Source: Candidatus Zixiibacteriota bacterium
GTDB lineage: Bacteria; Zixibacteria; MSB-5A5; GN15; JAAZOE01
Length of the DNA: 64,000 nucleotides
Assembly (NCBI GenBank): GCA_043819555.1
Contig: JBDREQ010000066.1
Span: forward strand, 1-64,000
Direction: 5' to 3'
Position 1 is the first letter of the stretch. Every line of letters starts with the position of its first letter. Under the pieces are notes generated by a model that saw only the letters and a program-made list of their open reading frames with translations, was not told where the DNA came from and searched no databases. Below, one piece after another: positions 19,036 to 29,064 of the stretch. Both the position numbers and the translations under genes were made by a program.

Positions 19036-20031
19036 TTACTCCTTTCCAACCTCTTCCAAAATCCTGGTAATAGTAAAGCCTTTCTTTTTGCCAACCAATC
19101 CGGGCCGGCCAAGAAGTTTTTTCCGATTTCTAATGTATATATCCATTTCTTTATTTATTTTCGTCGTGGTGGTAATTACATCCCCGACCTTCATATCGAT
19201 GAAATCCCTGATTCGCACTTCCGTTTCGGCCAGTAACGCTTGCATCGGAACTTCCAGACCAAGAAGGTTCTTACGATTGACGTCTTCATCTATCTTCATT
19301 GATTTTCGTTTAGTCGCATCATTCCAGTTTTGAGCGGATAATTTCCCGATGATATTTTCTAAAGCCATATAAGGATAGCAGATAGTTATCAATCCGGTCG
19401 ATTGAAATAGTTTGAGCTGGAGTGAGATAACAATAACAGTCTCGCCCGGCGGAACGATTTGTACGAATTGAGGGTTTGTCTCCAAACTCTTCTGTTCGAT
19501 TTTAATGGGGCAGATGTGCGCCCAGGCTTCCTCAAGCTCATCAAAAATAACCTGAACGATGCGATTCATGAGCGACCGTTCAATACCGGTCAATTCACGT
19601 CCCGTATCGAGCACCTTGCCCACTCCGCCGAACATACGCTCGACGAAGGCGTAAGTCAGAGTCGGATTAAAATCAACAATGCAGGCTCCCTCCAGCGGCT
19701 CGGCAGTAAATGTAAAGGTACATGACGGTGACACGAGCGACATTATAAATTCACTGTAAGTTATCTGATCCACCGAGACCAAATCGACATCCAACATGGC
19801 GCGATGAATATTCGACAGTACTGATCCAATATGACCGGCCAGGTTATCATGCATATTCTCGATCGTGCGCAACTGATCTTTGGATACTCTATTGGGGTGT
19901 TTAAAATCACAAACCGCAATGGAGCGCAGCTGTTTATCTGAGGCTGCTTCCGTTTCATCCTCAATATTATTTCCCGAGGTTATTGTCGAGAGCAGCGCGT
20001 CAATTTCATCCTGTGAAAGTATTTTTGCCAC
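19036..20031 (-). CDS. fliM: Flagellar motor switch protein FliM
   Basis: LSQDEIDALL CheY-binding peptide and ETNPQFVQIVPP. Confidence 0.96.
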   Translation of the reverse strand: MAKILSQDEIDALLSTITSGNNIEDETEAASDKQLRSIAVCDFKHPNRVSKDQLRTIENMHDNLAGHIGSVLSNIHRAMLDVDLVSVDQITYSEFIMSLVSPSCTFTFTAEPLEGACIVDFNPTLTYAFVERMFGGVGKVLDTGRELTGIERSLMNRIVQVIFDELEEAWAHICPIKIEQKSLETNPQFVQIVPPGETVIVISLQLKLFQSTGLITICYPYMALENIIGKLSAQNWNDATKRKSMKIDEDVNRKNLLGLEVPMQALLAETEVRIRDFIDMKVGDVITTTTKINKEMDIYIRNRKKLLGRPGLVGKKKGFTITRILEEVGKE

Positions 20032-20046
20032 TTTTCGTCCTCTTTG

Positions 20047-20658
20047 CTATTGCATCGCAAATTCCGTGAAATACACGGCCGCGATTTCATCTGTTTTTAG
20101 TAATTTTTGTACCCGCAACTTTATCAATTTCCGGAGACTTTCCCGTTTTTTAAAATCACTCAATTGAGATACCGATTGCGATGACAGGATTGTAATCAAA
20201 GCATCACGCACAATCGCGTCCCGTTCGCGGAACAACCTTCCGGCCTCGACGCTTTTAAGTTCAAAACCTATTGATGTCGATAAAAAACGGGTTCCACCGG
20301 TCCCGGCCGGGTTGATAATAATTTGATTTATCAGGTAAATATCGCTGTTTCGTACGCCTTCTCTATCCATATCTTTTGATCCGATTAAGTAAGAATCAGA
20401 ATCTCTTTCGGTCAGGGCAGATGAATCTTCCTGTCCATCATTCCCCGGTCCGGATTCATCCTTTGAAATTTCCGCGGCCGCATCTCCTCCCGCGAATATG
20501 GGCTTGACGACCTTCAAGGATATAAACCATGCCGTCCCAACCATGACTATGATGATGGCGGCATAAATGCCGTACCTTGCCAACGATGATGAATATTTTG
20601 GAGGTATGGATGGGTTCGTATCATCAACTTCCATCATATTTTTTTCATCATCCGGCAT
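20047..20658 (-). CDS. fliL: Flagellar basal-body protein FliL
   Basis: Single TM helix, IIINPAG..RFL, IVRDALITILS, VYFTEFAMQ. Confidence 0.9.
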   Translation of the reverse strand: MPDDEKNMMEVDDTNPSIPPKYSSSLARYGIYAAIIIVMVGTAWFISLKVVKPIFAGGDAAAEISKDESGPGNDGQEDSSALTERDSDSYLIGSKDMDREGVRNSDIYLINQIIINPAGTGGTRFLSTSIGFELKSVEAGRLFRERDAIVRDALITILSSQSVSQLSDFKKRESLRKLIKLRVQKLLKTDEIAAVYFTEFAMQ

Positions 20659-20881
20659 GGTTTATTCTCTCCTTATTATCGGCTTTCTCCGGGATATTGA
20701 TTCCCGAAGAAAGCCTTTTGAATTCAGCTACTTTTTTAATTACTGTTTCCGCTGATTCCTGTATCATTATTTTTTTTCCGGTCACAAGTGAGACTATTGT
20801 ATCCGGAGTAGACTCAATAAACTCAATCAAGTCCGAGTTTATCACCAGATTCCCTCCTTTTAATCTTGTTACCGTAATCAT
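20648..20881 (-). CDS. flbD: Flagellar protein FlbD
   Basis: MITVTRLKG..INSDLIEFIESTPDTIVSL. Confidence 0.92.
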   Translation of the reverse strand: MITVTRLKGGNLVINSDLIEFIESTPDTIVSLVTGKKIMIQESAETVIKKVAEFKRLSSGINIPEKADNKERINHAG

Positions 20882-20893
20882 AATCGTTTATCC

Positions 20894-22882
20894 TTAACGT
20901 TTCAGATTAACCAATTCATCAAGCATGCTATCAGAAGTGGTTATTATCCGGGCGTTAGCCTGAAAACCACGCTGTGCGGTAATCATATTGGTGAATTCCA
21001 TAGCGATATCAACATTGGACGCTTCCAGCGCTCCGGAGCTTATCGATCCGGAAATGGTTTCACCGGCCACACCGTGGACGACATTTCCCGAGTTAGCCGA
21101 TTCTTTATAAAGACCATTGCCGGCACGACGCAAGCCTCCTTTATTATTGAAATCAGCAAGTGTAATTTGGGCCAATGTTCTGGAAAGACCATTACTGAAA
21201 AGCCCGGTGATGGTACCATCAGGGGAAATAGCCATGTTTTCCAGGACACCCATTCCATAACCGTCCTGATGAATGGCAGATGCAGTGAATGGAGATGCGA
21301 ACCCGGTCAATCCATTAAATTGAGACGAACTCCCTGCATCAAGGGCAATGTCAACGATTTCTGCGCCATTGCTGGGATTGAAACGGAATGACGGGGCGCC
21401 GCCATTATACCGGAAGTTTAGAAGCGAACCATCGGAGTTAAACTGGACTGTACCCGTTCCACCTTCCATAATCACTTCATCGGCAGGCAGTGATATTTCC
21501 CAGTCCCAGAGACTATCCGTTGTAGTTTTTGTAAATATCATAACAGCCGTATGCTTGCTGCCCAGTGAATCATAAACGGAAATCGACGTCGAGTGCTGAG
21601 TTAATTCGGTATTGATTTGCAAAGTTCCCGCTGATATATCCTGATATTGAGATGCCGTGGCGGTTATACCACCGCCGCCCAGGTTTTCAATCCCGGTGGC
21701 AAAACCTGTATTCTCATCAACCGAAATAACCAATGTACGCGGATTCTCAGCCGTCTTACCATCAGGAGTGAAAGTATCGACTGCCGTAAAAGTATGATCC
21801 AATCCGCCCGTCGTTTGTATCCCGGCGCCATCAATACCAAATAGGCGATTGATTAAATTGGGTTGCGGAGGTATTCCGGCCGCGTCGGCATTACCGGCTG
21901 AACTGGTGATGTAATAATCGGAGTTGGACCCTGCCTTGGATCGCTCAATTATAATCTGAGCATTGGTTGGATCGGTCGTGGTGTCAAGATAGCAAGTTAC
22001 TCCAGTTATATTGTTTATGGCATCAACAACGGTTCCAACAGTCGTAGTAAGGGCCAATCCACGAATCTCAGTCGTGGTAGTGCCATCAACGGTAATATCG
22101 AAATCTAAGCCGCTGACATCAACACCCAGGTCAGCCAGGGTTGTATTTACGGTCATCGTTCCATGCAAATTACCAAATCCTGCGGCGACTGGATCGAATG
22201 AAGAACGAACCGCTTGTCCATTTCCGCCATTGTCGCTAATTACGATATTGTGCAGACCTCCGGCGCCATCCCAAGCCCTTCCGCTAATCTGATCGATACC
22301 CGTGGTACCGGGATTGATCAGCGTGGCAATTGAATCAGTGGCAGAACTATCGAGGTTATTGGCCAGATTAATTGTCGTAGTTGCGCTGGCAGGATCCTGC
22401 TGGCCAAAAGGAAGTCTGATATCCCCTATCGTTGAAATGGCCGGAATTCGACCAGTCGCATCGGCCATTCGACCCTGTACCTTCCAGCCGCTGCCGGGTT
22501 CTACCATATAACTTTCGCCATCAATGCCAAAAGCTCCGGCGCGGGAATAAAATTCACCGACGCCATCTGAGAGAACAAAAAATCCTGAACCCTGAATTGC
22601 CAGGTCGGTTATTTGCCCGGTATTTTCAAGACCGCCCTGATGAAAAAGCGTATCAATGGCGGCGATTTTCATACCCAAACCCATCTGGACCGGGTTAGTG
22701 CCGCCCGTTAGAGACGTAGGCCGACCGGCGCCTCTCAACGTCTGAACAAGTGCTTCCTGAAAGGTGACTCGATCACCCTTAAAGCCAATTGTATTGACGT
22801 TTGCTATATTATTACCAATCACGTTCATCTTAGTCTGGTGATTGCGCAAACCGGTTACACCGGTGAAAAGTGAACTCATCAT
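20894..22882 (-). CDS. flgE: Flagellar hook protein FlgE (long form, about 662 aa)
   Basis: MMSSLFTGVTGL..IGNNIANVNT N-terminus, LEASNVD..AQRGFQAN C-terminus; AAGGAGG RBS. Confidence 0.95.
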   Translation of the reverse strand: MMSSLFTGVTGLRNHQTKMNVIGNNIANVNTIGFKGDRVTFQEALVQTLRGAGRPTSLTGGTNPVQMGLGMKIAAIDTLFHQGGLENTGQITDLAIQGSGFFVLSDGVGEFYSRAGAFGIDGESYMVEPGSGWKVQGRMADATGRIPAISTIGDIRLPFGQQDPASATTTINLANNLDSSATDSIATLINPGTTGIDQISGRAWDGAGGLHNIVISDNGGNGQAVRSSFDPVAAGFGNLHGTMTVNTTLADLGVDVSGLDFDITVDGTTTTEIRGLALTTTVGTVVDAINNITGVTCYLDTTTDPTNAQIIIERSKAGSNSDYYITSSAGNADAAGIPPQPNLINRLFGIDGAGIQTTGGLDHTFTAVDTFTPDGKTAENPRTLVISVDENTGFATGIENLGGGGITATASQYQDISAGTLQINTELTQHSTSISVYDSLGSKHTAVMIFTKTTTDSLWDWEISLPADEVIMEGGTGTVQFNSDGSLLNFRYNGGAPSFRFNPSNGAEIVDIALDAGSSSQFNGLTGFASPFTASAIHQDGYGMGVLENMAISPDGTITGLFSNGLSRTLAQITLADFNNKGGLRRAGNGLYKESANSGNVVHGVAGETISGSISSGALEASNVDIAMEFTNMITAQRGFQANARIITTSDSMLDELVNLKR

Positions 22883-22981
22883 GAGACCACATCCTCCTTT
22901 TGTGCGTACCAGTCCCTCCGCCTGAGCGGAGTCCAACTGTTCGCTGTTTTTTCCAATATTTCCATTTTCAAAAATTCCATA

Positions 22982-23383
22982 TCACAAAATTACCGCGCTG
23001 TCTATCGCGGTGAAAACACCATCACGCAAATTGTCCTTATCAAATGCGCTAATGACAGTGCGATTGGTCACTGAAATGACATAAGCCGCGTCATCGGATA
23101 ATACCAGTGATTCCCGAGCGCCTTTGGCCTCAGCCTTATCAATCGCTTTGGATAAAGCCTCCAACTTGGCATCATCCAGTTTCACACCGCGCGAATGTAA
23201 ACGCGCCCGGGCATGTGCCGAAAAATTGATATTGGCGCTTTTCTGAATAACCTCATCAAGAGTCGATTTGAAATCAACCTTTGCTTTGGTAGTATCAGGT
23301 CTGCCAGTCGGTTGTTTCGGCCCGCTTGGACGAATTATCTTTTCCAGCAAATTTACATTTTGATAAGCGGTTACTTTAAGCAT
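22982..23383 (-). CDS. Flagellar operon protein (TIGR02530-like)
   Basis: FSAHARARLHSRG..AEAKGARESLV..VFTAIDSAVI; lies between flgD and flgE. Confidence 0.85.
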   Translation of the reverse strand: MLKVTAYQNVNLLEKIIRPSGPKQPTGRPDTTKAKVDFKSTLDEVIQKSANINFSAHARARLHSRGVKLDDAKLEALSKAIDKAEAKGARESLVLSDDAAYVISVTNRTVISAFDKDNLRDGVFTAIDSAVIL

Positions 23384-23386
23384 AGT

Positions 23387-24064
23387 TCAGCCCTCATTAA
23401 CCTCTCGAACTGATGACAACGGAATCTGCTGGCCGTTGATATTCAAAAGCGCCAGACCTTCCTTATAGGTAATCCCGGAAACTTTACCTTCCAGATACTG
23501 GGAGGGAGTAAACGCATTACCGTTGGCATCGTTGGCTCTGATATCGATTGTGTAAACCCCCGAAGATACCTGAACGCCATTATCATCGGTGCCATCCCAA
23601 TTGATGAGATGATCGCCCGGGGTTAGTCCGTTTTTGGTGATTGTTCGGACAACATTACCATCGATATCTTTGATAGTTACGGTCAGATCGGTTGCGGCCT
23701 TATCAAGATCGACAGCGATGTCAGCCGCTCCGGCGGTTTCCAGATAAATTTGGGAAGAATCCGCCCGTACCGTTCTGCCTATTAACGATGTCGCCATCGT
23801 ATTTGAAATCGTCTGCGACAGTAAAAAATCATAGTTGAGGCTATCGTTCATATTGCTGTTCATATTTTCCAACTGTTCTAATGAAGAAAACTGAGCCAGC
23901 TGCGCAACGAAATCCTCATCTTTAAGCGGCTCCAGCGGGTCCTGATGCGATAGCTGAGCTACCAACAATTTAAGAAACTCATCTCGCCCGAGATCTTTGC
24001 TGGGAGGCGCTATTTGCCCAAATCCGTTTTTTGTATCGACCATTGTCACATTATCTAATGGCAT
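23387..24064 (-). CDS. flgD: Flagellar hook capping protein FlgD
   Basis: FLKLLVAQLSHQDPLEP..AQLAQFSSLEQL. Confidence 0.96.
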   Translation of the reverse strand: MPLDNVTMVDTKNGFGQIAPPSKDLGRDEFLKLLVAQLSHQDPLEPLKDEDFVAQLAQFSSLEQLENMNSNMNDSLNYDFLLSQTISNTMATSLIGRTVRADSSQIYLETAGAADIAVDLDKAATDLTVTIKDIDGNVVRTITKNGLTPGDHLINWDGTDDNGVQVSSGVYTIDIRANDANGNAFTPSQYLEGKVSGITYKEGLALLNINGQQIPLSSVREVNEG

Positions 24065-24077
24065 TTAAAATCCTCCC

Positions 24078-25436
24078 TTAGGCAAGACAATCCACCATTA
24101 TCCGATCAAAACTCTCACCGGATGGATTAAGAAGATTTCGGGTCTTTTCGGACATATCGCGATAGAATCGCTGACCCTGTTGATGCCGGCCAAAATCACC
24201 CTGATAAAAATGATGCTGATGTCCGGCAAATGATTCCCCTCGATTGGGGCCATTGACATGAAGTTGAAAAGAATCGACCTTGATGCCCGAAGCCAATAGT
24301 TGGCTTTCCAAACGGGCCAGGCCGCGTTCAACTGATTGCTTGGCCTGCATCGATTCAAGAACCAGATTGACTGTCACATGACCGCGATGACTTGCTATGG
24401 AAAGTTCCATCGTACCCAATCGGGCCGGTGATAATTGGACCCTGATCTTTTGACCCGGATTTTGTTTCAGCTTATTCAATCCGAAATCAAGATCGAAGAA
24501 CTTAACCGTTGCGGCCGTTAACTTTTGATCATCTGAACCCTGATTATTCAAAAATGATGAAGATATTTCTGAATTTATCGGAATCTGATTATCCGTTGGC
24601 TGGCTGGTCAATTTCTCAAAGACGGAAGCTTCGGCATTGAACGTAGAATTAATTTTGGCACTTTGCATGCCATTTAATACCATACCATTCTTTGAGCAAT
24701 TTCCTTTCGGGTCAATATCCGAATTGTCAATTTCAGGAAATACTTTGGCGGCCGGGGAAAGAGTCGGTTTGGCAAATGCTTGAACATTATGCTCAATACC
24801 CTCAATAGCCACCAATTTCACATTCAGATCCCGGATTAATTCGGGCAACTGTTTAACATGATTAACCGCGCCCCCTTGGTTGAAAACATCAATAAGGCCT
24901 TCACCCATTGTTTTATTCTGATTTCCGGTCACATCCAATTTTAACCGGACTGATACATCTTCCCCGGTCGCTGTTTTTAGAATGGCGTCGGCAAATAAAT
25001 GCTTACCATTCTGCTCGACCGTCCGGATTTGCATCGGCAATACCATGTTTTCTTTCTCAGTTCTGCCTGGTTCAGAGCCAAGTCTTTGTGATAGCTCATC
25101 GCTCATTGATTTGAACCTGAGAGAGATTTCCTGATTCTCATCGCCTTCGCCCATGACCAAATCAGCATGCGCGAAATGCCCTGATTTCAGTTCTGATTCG
25201 AGCGGCGATTGAATCATTGTATCCGGAATTAAAAACTGTTTTAATCCCAACATTTCCGGATTCAAACCATCCGTCATGCCCGGAAGCGCCATCTCAGACG
25301 ATTGCAATTGCGGAAACAAACCCAGCAACTGCCCGAAGCCATCCGGGCTTGATCTGCCCTGAGCGGGCTGCTTCGCGCCAAAACCCAATAAATTATCAAT
25401 CGGGCTGGCGGAAGGTCCCATGACTCCATTATTCAT
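24078..25436 (-). CDS. fliK: Flagellar hook-length control protein FliK
   Basis: C-terminal IRVQLSPARLGTMELSI domain; upstream of flgD. Confidence 0.85.
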   Translation of the reverse strand: MNNGVMGPSASPIDNLLGFGAKQPAQGRSSPDGFGQLLGLFPQLQSSEMALPGMTDGLNPEMLGLKQFLIPDTMIQSPLESELKSGHFAHADLVMGEGDENQEISLRFKSMSDELSQRLGSEPGRTEKENMVLPMQIRTVEQNGKHLFADAILKTATGEDVSVRLKLDVTGNQNKTMGEGLIDVFNQGGAVNHVKQLPELIRDLNVKLVAIEGIEHNVQAFAKPTLSPAAKVFPEIDNSDIDPKGNCSKNGMVLNGMQSAKINSTFNAEASVFEKLTSQPTDNQIPINSEISSSFLNNQGSDDQKLTAATVKFFDLDFGLNKLKQNPGQKIRVQLSPARLGTMELSIASHRGHVTVNLVLESMQAKQSVERGLARLESQLLASGIKVDSFQLHVNGPNRGESFAGHQHHFYQGDFGRHQQGQRFYRDMSEKTRNLLNPSGESFDRIMVDCLA

Positions 25437-25489
25437 AAACGCCTCCGGGAGACAACAGACAATCTTTTTAATACAATAAAAACCATCAA

Positions 25490-26209
25490 TTACTCCTTGC
25501 TTAAGGTTATCATTTCAGCCGAAATGAGAGCCGCGCGATCGGGCTTGAGAGCGCCCAATATCCTGGCCGCATTGGCCGGTTTCATTTTCAAAAGCACATC
25601 TACCGCTTGCTTGATTGTTAACTTGTTTATTAGAGGAGCCACCTGCTCAGCTTTCATGCCGTCATATAATTTGGCCAGAGAACTAATCCTTTCGGACTCC
25701 AACTGATCTTTCTTCGTCAAAAGGGTTCTTAGATGGGCTTCGCTCCTGTCCAGCTCAATCTTACGGGCATCCAATTTAGTTTTCTCGCTGGCGAGTTTTT
25801 CCTTTTCCAAATTAAGCCAGTTAACAGCCTTGATAGAATCCGATTTCGTCATGCCTCGTACGGCATTCTCAGACGGCTTACGACTATTTTCCATAGCCAC
25901 CATATCCTGCCGACCAAACAATTCATTTTCGCGGGCGATTATTTCTGCCGTAATCTCTTCTTCAGAGTTTTTTGATTCGGTTTTTGAGTTTTCGCCAAGC
26001 CGTTTTCCTGTCAATCCATCGGCTTTTCCGCCTGACCCAACCGGAGTGTTTGAAAAAACTCCCATAAAGAACGAAAAAGCGCCAACGCAAATCACAAATC
26101 CGACCACGCCGATGATAATCAGCATTATTGGCCGCCTGGATTTGATTGGTTTTTGCCTTTCGCTCCCACTTTCGGGAAATTCAGATTGAGTTTTTTCTTC
26201 TTCGAGCAT
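25490..26209 (-). CDS. MotE/FlbB/YlxF-like flagellar protein
   Basis: TM helix, coiled coil, LAKLYDGMKAEQVA..MKPANAARILGALKPDRAA; precedes fliK. Confidence 0.8.
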   Translation of the reverse strand: MLEEEKTQSEFPESGSERQKPIKSRRPIMLIIIGVVGFVICVGAFSFFMGVFSNTPVGSGGKADGLTGKRLGENSKTESKNSEEEITAEIIARENELFGRQDMVAMENSRKPSENAVRGMTKSDSIKAVNWLNLEKEKLASEKTKLDARKIELDRSEAHLRTLLTKKDQLESERISSLAKLYDGMKAEQVAPLINKLTIKQAVDVLLKMKPANAARILGALKPDRAALISAEMITLSKE

Positions 26210-26250
26210 ACACGTACCTCACAAAAAGCTATTTGTCCAAATCCCGAATG

Positions 26251-26266
26251 AGCAAGGCCCGTGCCC
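26251..26266 (-). promoter_or_regulatory. sigma54 promoter of the motE-fliK-flgDE-fliL..Q operon
   Basis: GGGCACGGGCCTTGCT = GG-N10-GC, about 40 bp upstream of the first gene. Confidence 0.75.
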
Positions 26267-26439
26267 GTGTGGGGTGACGGGACTTATCACATTGTTACCG
26301 TGTGGCTTACGATGATTTATGCATAGAATTGGAAAAGTGTGAAAAAAACCAAATCGGAAAAAATATCCCGATAGGGATGGAAATTAATTCAGGGATGCGG
26401 GGGATTATAATAAATCGGCAGAAGCAGGATTGTTTTTCT

Positions 26440-26566
26440 CCGCCAGGTCACACACCACCTTCGTCGGCGCAGGACCTGACAGCACGGTAAATTATCCTTG
26501 TCTCCGATTCTGAGGAATATTAACCATCTTTTCGTGGGCGGCAGACGTCCTCGTCTGCCCCGAAAA
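26440..26566. repeat. Pair of REP-like palindromes
   Basis: GTGCTGTCAGGTC..GACCTGGC (minus, 26440-26485) and GTGGGCGGCAGACGTCCTCGTCTGCC (plus, from 26534); 18 bp of the latter recur inverted at 48389-48406. Confidence 0.6.
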
Positions 26567-26571
26567 TCACC

Positions 26572-27540
26572 CTATTCTTCCGCCTCATCTGTACTTTTCC
26601 CTCGGCCAAAGAAGAAAAATCGTTCGAAGATGCGTTGGTAGGATGACCAGCCGGAATCGCCTGTGCGCTCGCGGATTTTTTCGACGGCGCCCATTCGGGA
26701 ATCGAGTTCATCGGAATGATGCAAAAGGACAGCTTCGGGAGTCTGCGGCACAACCGGCGAACCTTTTTGAAGTTCGCCCTGATGCGAAACAATCAAATGG
26801 CGCAGATGCATCAATAAATCTTCCGGGAAATATTCGATTTCGTCGGCTTTGGTGCAGACAAATTCATCGCCCTGCGCGATATGCCCAATCAGCCGCCCGG
26901 AATCGGTATATTCAATCATTGAATCAACGCTGAATTCCCAGATTTTCCCGATATCATGTAAGATCGCTCCGCAAATTAGCAAATCGCGATTGAGTTTGGG
27001 ATATAACCCCGACAGATTAACAATAATTTCCGCTATATTCAGCGAATGGTCGGCCAATCCGCCAATGGTGTCATGATGAAGTAGTTTTGCCGCCGGAGAC
27101 GTCAGATATTTTTCAAGGATATCCTCATCTCCAAAAATATTATTTAATAATGTCTTCAAATAATTATTATCAACCCGCTCGATCATCGCGTTCAAAAGCG
27201 CATTTAATTCATCTTTGGTTCGAACCGCCGCCCGGAAAAAATCACACATATCAATTGCGTCATCTTTGGTAACGGGGCGAATTTGATCGATTCGCAGTTG
27301 ATTGGCGCCCATATAAGTCGAAACCGGACCTTTGATTTTGACGAATATCCCGGCCTGATATAAATCGGCCTGATCTTCGCTTACATCCCACCAGACGGCT
27401 TTGATGCGGCCGGTACTATCGCCCAATTCCATCGCCAGACGAAACCGGCTATCTTTTTCGAGAAGTTCTGCTTTCCTCAGTGCGAAAAACCCGGTAATCG
27501 TATCTCCAGGACGCAAATCTTTGACAAAAATTTCTTTCAT
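26572..27540 (-). CDS. yhaM: OB-fold + HD domain 3'-5' exoribonuclease (YhaM/Cbf1 family)
   Basis: LGDSTGRIKAVWW OB fold; PAAKLLHH..GGLADH and LHDIGK HD motifs. Confidence 0.88.
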   Translation of the reverse strand: MKEIFVKDLRPGDTITGFFALRKAELLEKDSRFRLAMELGDSTGRIKAVWWDVSEDQADLYQAGIFVKIKGPVSTYMGANQLRIDQIRPVTKDDAIDMCDFFRAAVRTKDELNALLNAMIERVDNNYLKTLLNNIFGDEDILEKYLTSPAAKLLHHDTIGGLADHSLNIAEIIVNLSGLYPKLNRDLLICGAILHDIGKIWEFSVDSMIEYTDSGRLIGHIAQGDEFVCTKADEIEYFPEDLLMHLRHLIVSHQGELQKGSPVVPQTPEAVLLHHSDELDSRMGAVEKIRERTGDSGWSSYQRIFERFFFFGRGKSTDEAEE

Positions 27541-27636
27541 GATTGTATAAGGATAATAACATTTATTATTCCAGTGTCAAGAGGAGGCATTTAATTTTCT
27601 TTACTCAACATTTTCGACGGTGTATATTCTTAAGTT

Positions 27637-29064
27637 ATGATGGAAGTTGCGGCAAATAAAGAAGTTAAACGGCAATTGCGGATTATTCGTTTCATCAAGG
27701 TTTTTGATTTTCGAAATCGACTATCGCGTTATATCCTTCGCGAACATATCGGGCCGTTTATCTTTGCCTTCGTCATTATCACTTTTGTCCTTATTATAGA
27801 TTTTGTCCCTCACCTGGTCGAAATGATTGTCGGCAAAGACCTCCCTGCCTCAGTAATATTCAAAGTTTTTATTTACCAGATGGGCTGGATGATAGCTCTT
27901 TCGGTTCCAATGTCGGTTCTTGTCGCGACTCTCATGGCTTTCGGCCGACTGACATCCGATTTTGAGATAACAGCCATCAAGGCTTCCGGCATTCACGTCA
28001 TGAGAATCATGTTCCCGGTTATTTTGGCGGCGCTGGCCCTGACATACAGCATGATTTACTTTCATAATGAAGTTTTACCCGATATCAATCATCGCGCCCG
28101 AATTATAATGCAGGATGTGAGGCGGTTACGCCCAACTCTGCAAATCCGCAGCGGCGCCTTTGTAACCGATATTTCGGGATATATTATTCTTATCGACTCG
28201 GTCAATCATACAACCTCAGAATTAACCGGTGTCAAAATCCTTGAGATGGGAAAAAAACGAAAAGCTCCTCGAACCATCGTGGCCCAATCCGGTTTTTTGA
28301 GCTTTACCAACAACGGCCGTGATTTGGTGTTTGATCTCAATGACGGAGAAATTCATGAGTTTGATGAAAAATCAGCAGATAATTACCGCCGGTTGGCTTT
28401 TGTAAACCAGAAAATTCTTGTCAGTGAAGTATCTCAGGATTTTGAGGAAACCGATGACCAATACCGCACCGATCGGGAAAAGTCATCGCGCCAGATGCTG
28501 GAAGATATAATGAAATGGAAAACTGGTATTAAACCATACCGGCAAAAAATCAACGACCTGATTGCCAGTCGAATTGATTTTATATTTTCTGATTCCATGC
28601 CCCTATCCCCCGACTCCACTGCCCCCGATAATATCGCCCTGTCGCATCTTAATACCGCCGAGGAAGCCAATAGCCGCATTTTGTCCCGTGAACGGGAGGG
28701 CATCCGAACCCAGCAAAAACTAATTGATTCGTATATGGTTGAGGTATATAAGAAATATTCAATCCCAACCTCCTGCATAGCCTTTTTACTCATCGGGACT
28801 CCTCTGGGAATCATTGCCCGGCGAGGGGGCATGGGTGTCAGCATCGGTTTATCTCTTGGGTTGTTTATCGTCTACTGGGCTTTTCTGATCGGCGGTGAAG
28901 ATCTGGCCGATAGAGGAATCGTGACACCATTCTGGGCCATGTGGTCGGCGAATTTTCTGCTTGGCACAATTGGAATGTACCTGCTGTATGTGGTGTCGTT
29001 TGAGAAGAGTCTCTGGGCGATTTTCAAACTAACCCAGAGCAAACCATCGGCGGGGGAAAATTGA
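27637..29064 (+). CDS. lptF: LPS export permease LptF (start may be internal)
   Basis: RYILRE..PF, AFGRLTSDFEITAIKASG, KKYSIP..IGTPLG; tandem with an lptG-like gene. Confidence 0.85.
   Translation: MMEVAANKEVKRQLRIIRFIKVFDFRNRLSRYILREHIGPFIFAFVIITFVLIIDFVPHLVEMIVGKDLPASVIFKVFIYQMGWMIALSVPMSVLVATLMAFGRLTSDFEITAIKASGIHVMRIMFPVILAALALTYSMIYFHNEVLPDINHRARIIMQDVRRLRPTLQIRSGAFVTDISGYIILIDSVNHTTSELTGVKILEMGKKRKAPRTIVAQSGFLSFTNNGRDLVFDLNDGEIHEFDEKSADNYRRLAFVNQKILVSEVSQDFEETDDQYRTDREKSSRQMLEDIMKWKTGIKPYRQKINDLIASRIDFIFSDSMPLSPDSTAPDNIALSHLNTAEEANSRILSREREGIRTQQKLIDSYMVEVYKKYSIPTSCIAFLLIGTPLGIIARRGGMGVSIGLSLGLFIVYWAFLIGGEDLADRGIVTPFWAMWSANFLLGTIGMYLLYVVSFEKSLWAIFKLTQSKPSAGEN

Noticed and set aside
26302..26490. 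62-aa ORF upstream of the flagellar operon
   Set aside because: It overlaps the enhancer-like sites and REP-like palindromes and has no coding signature
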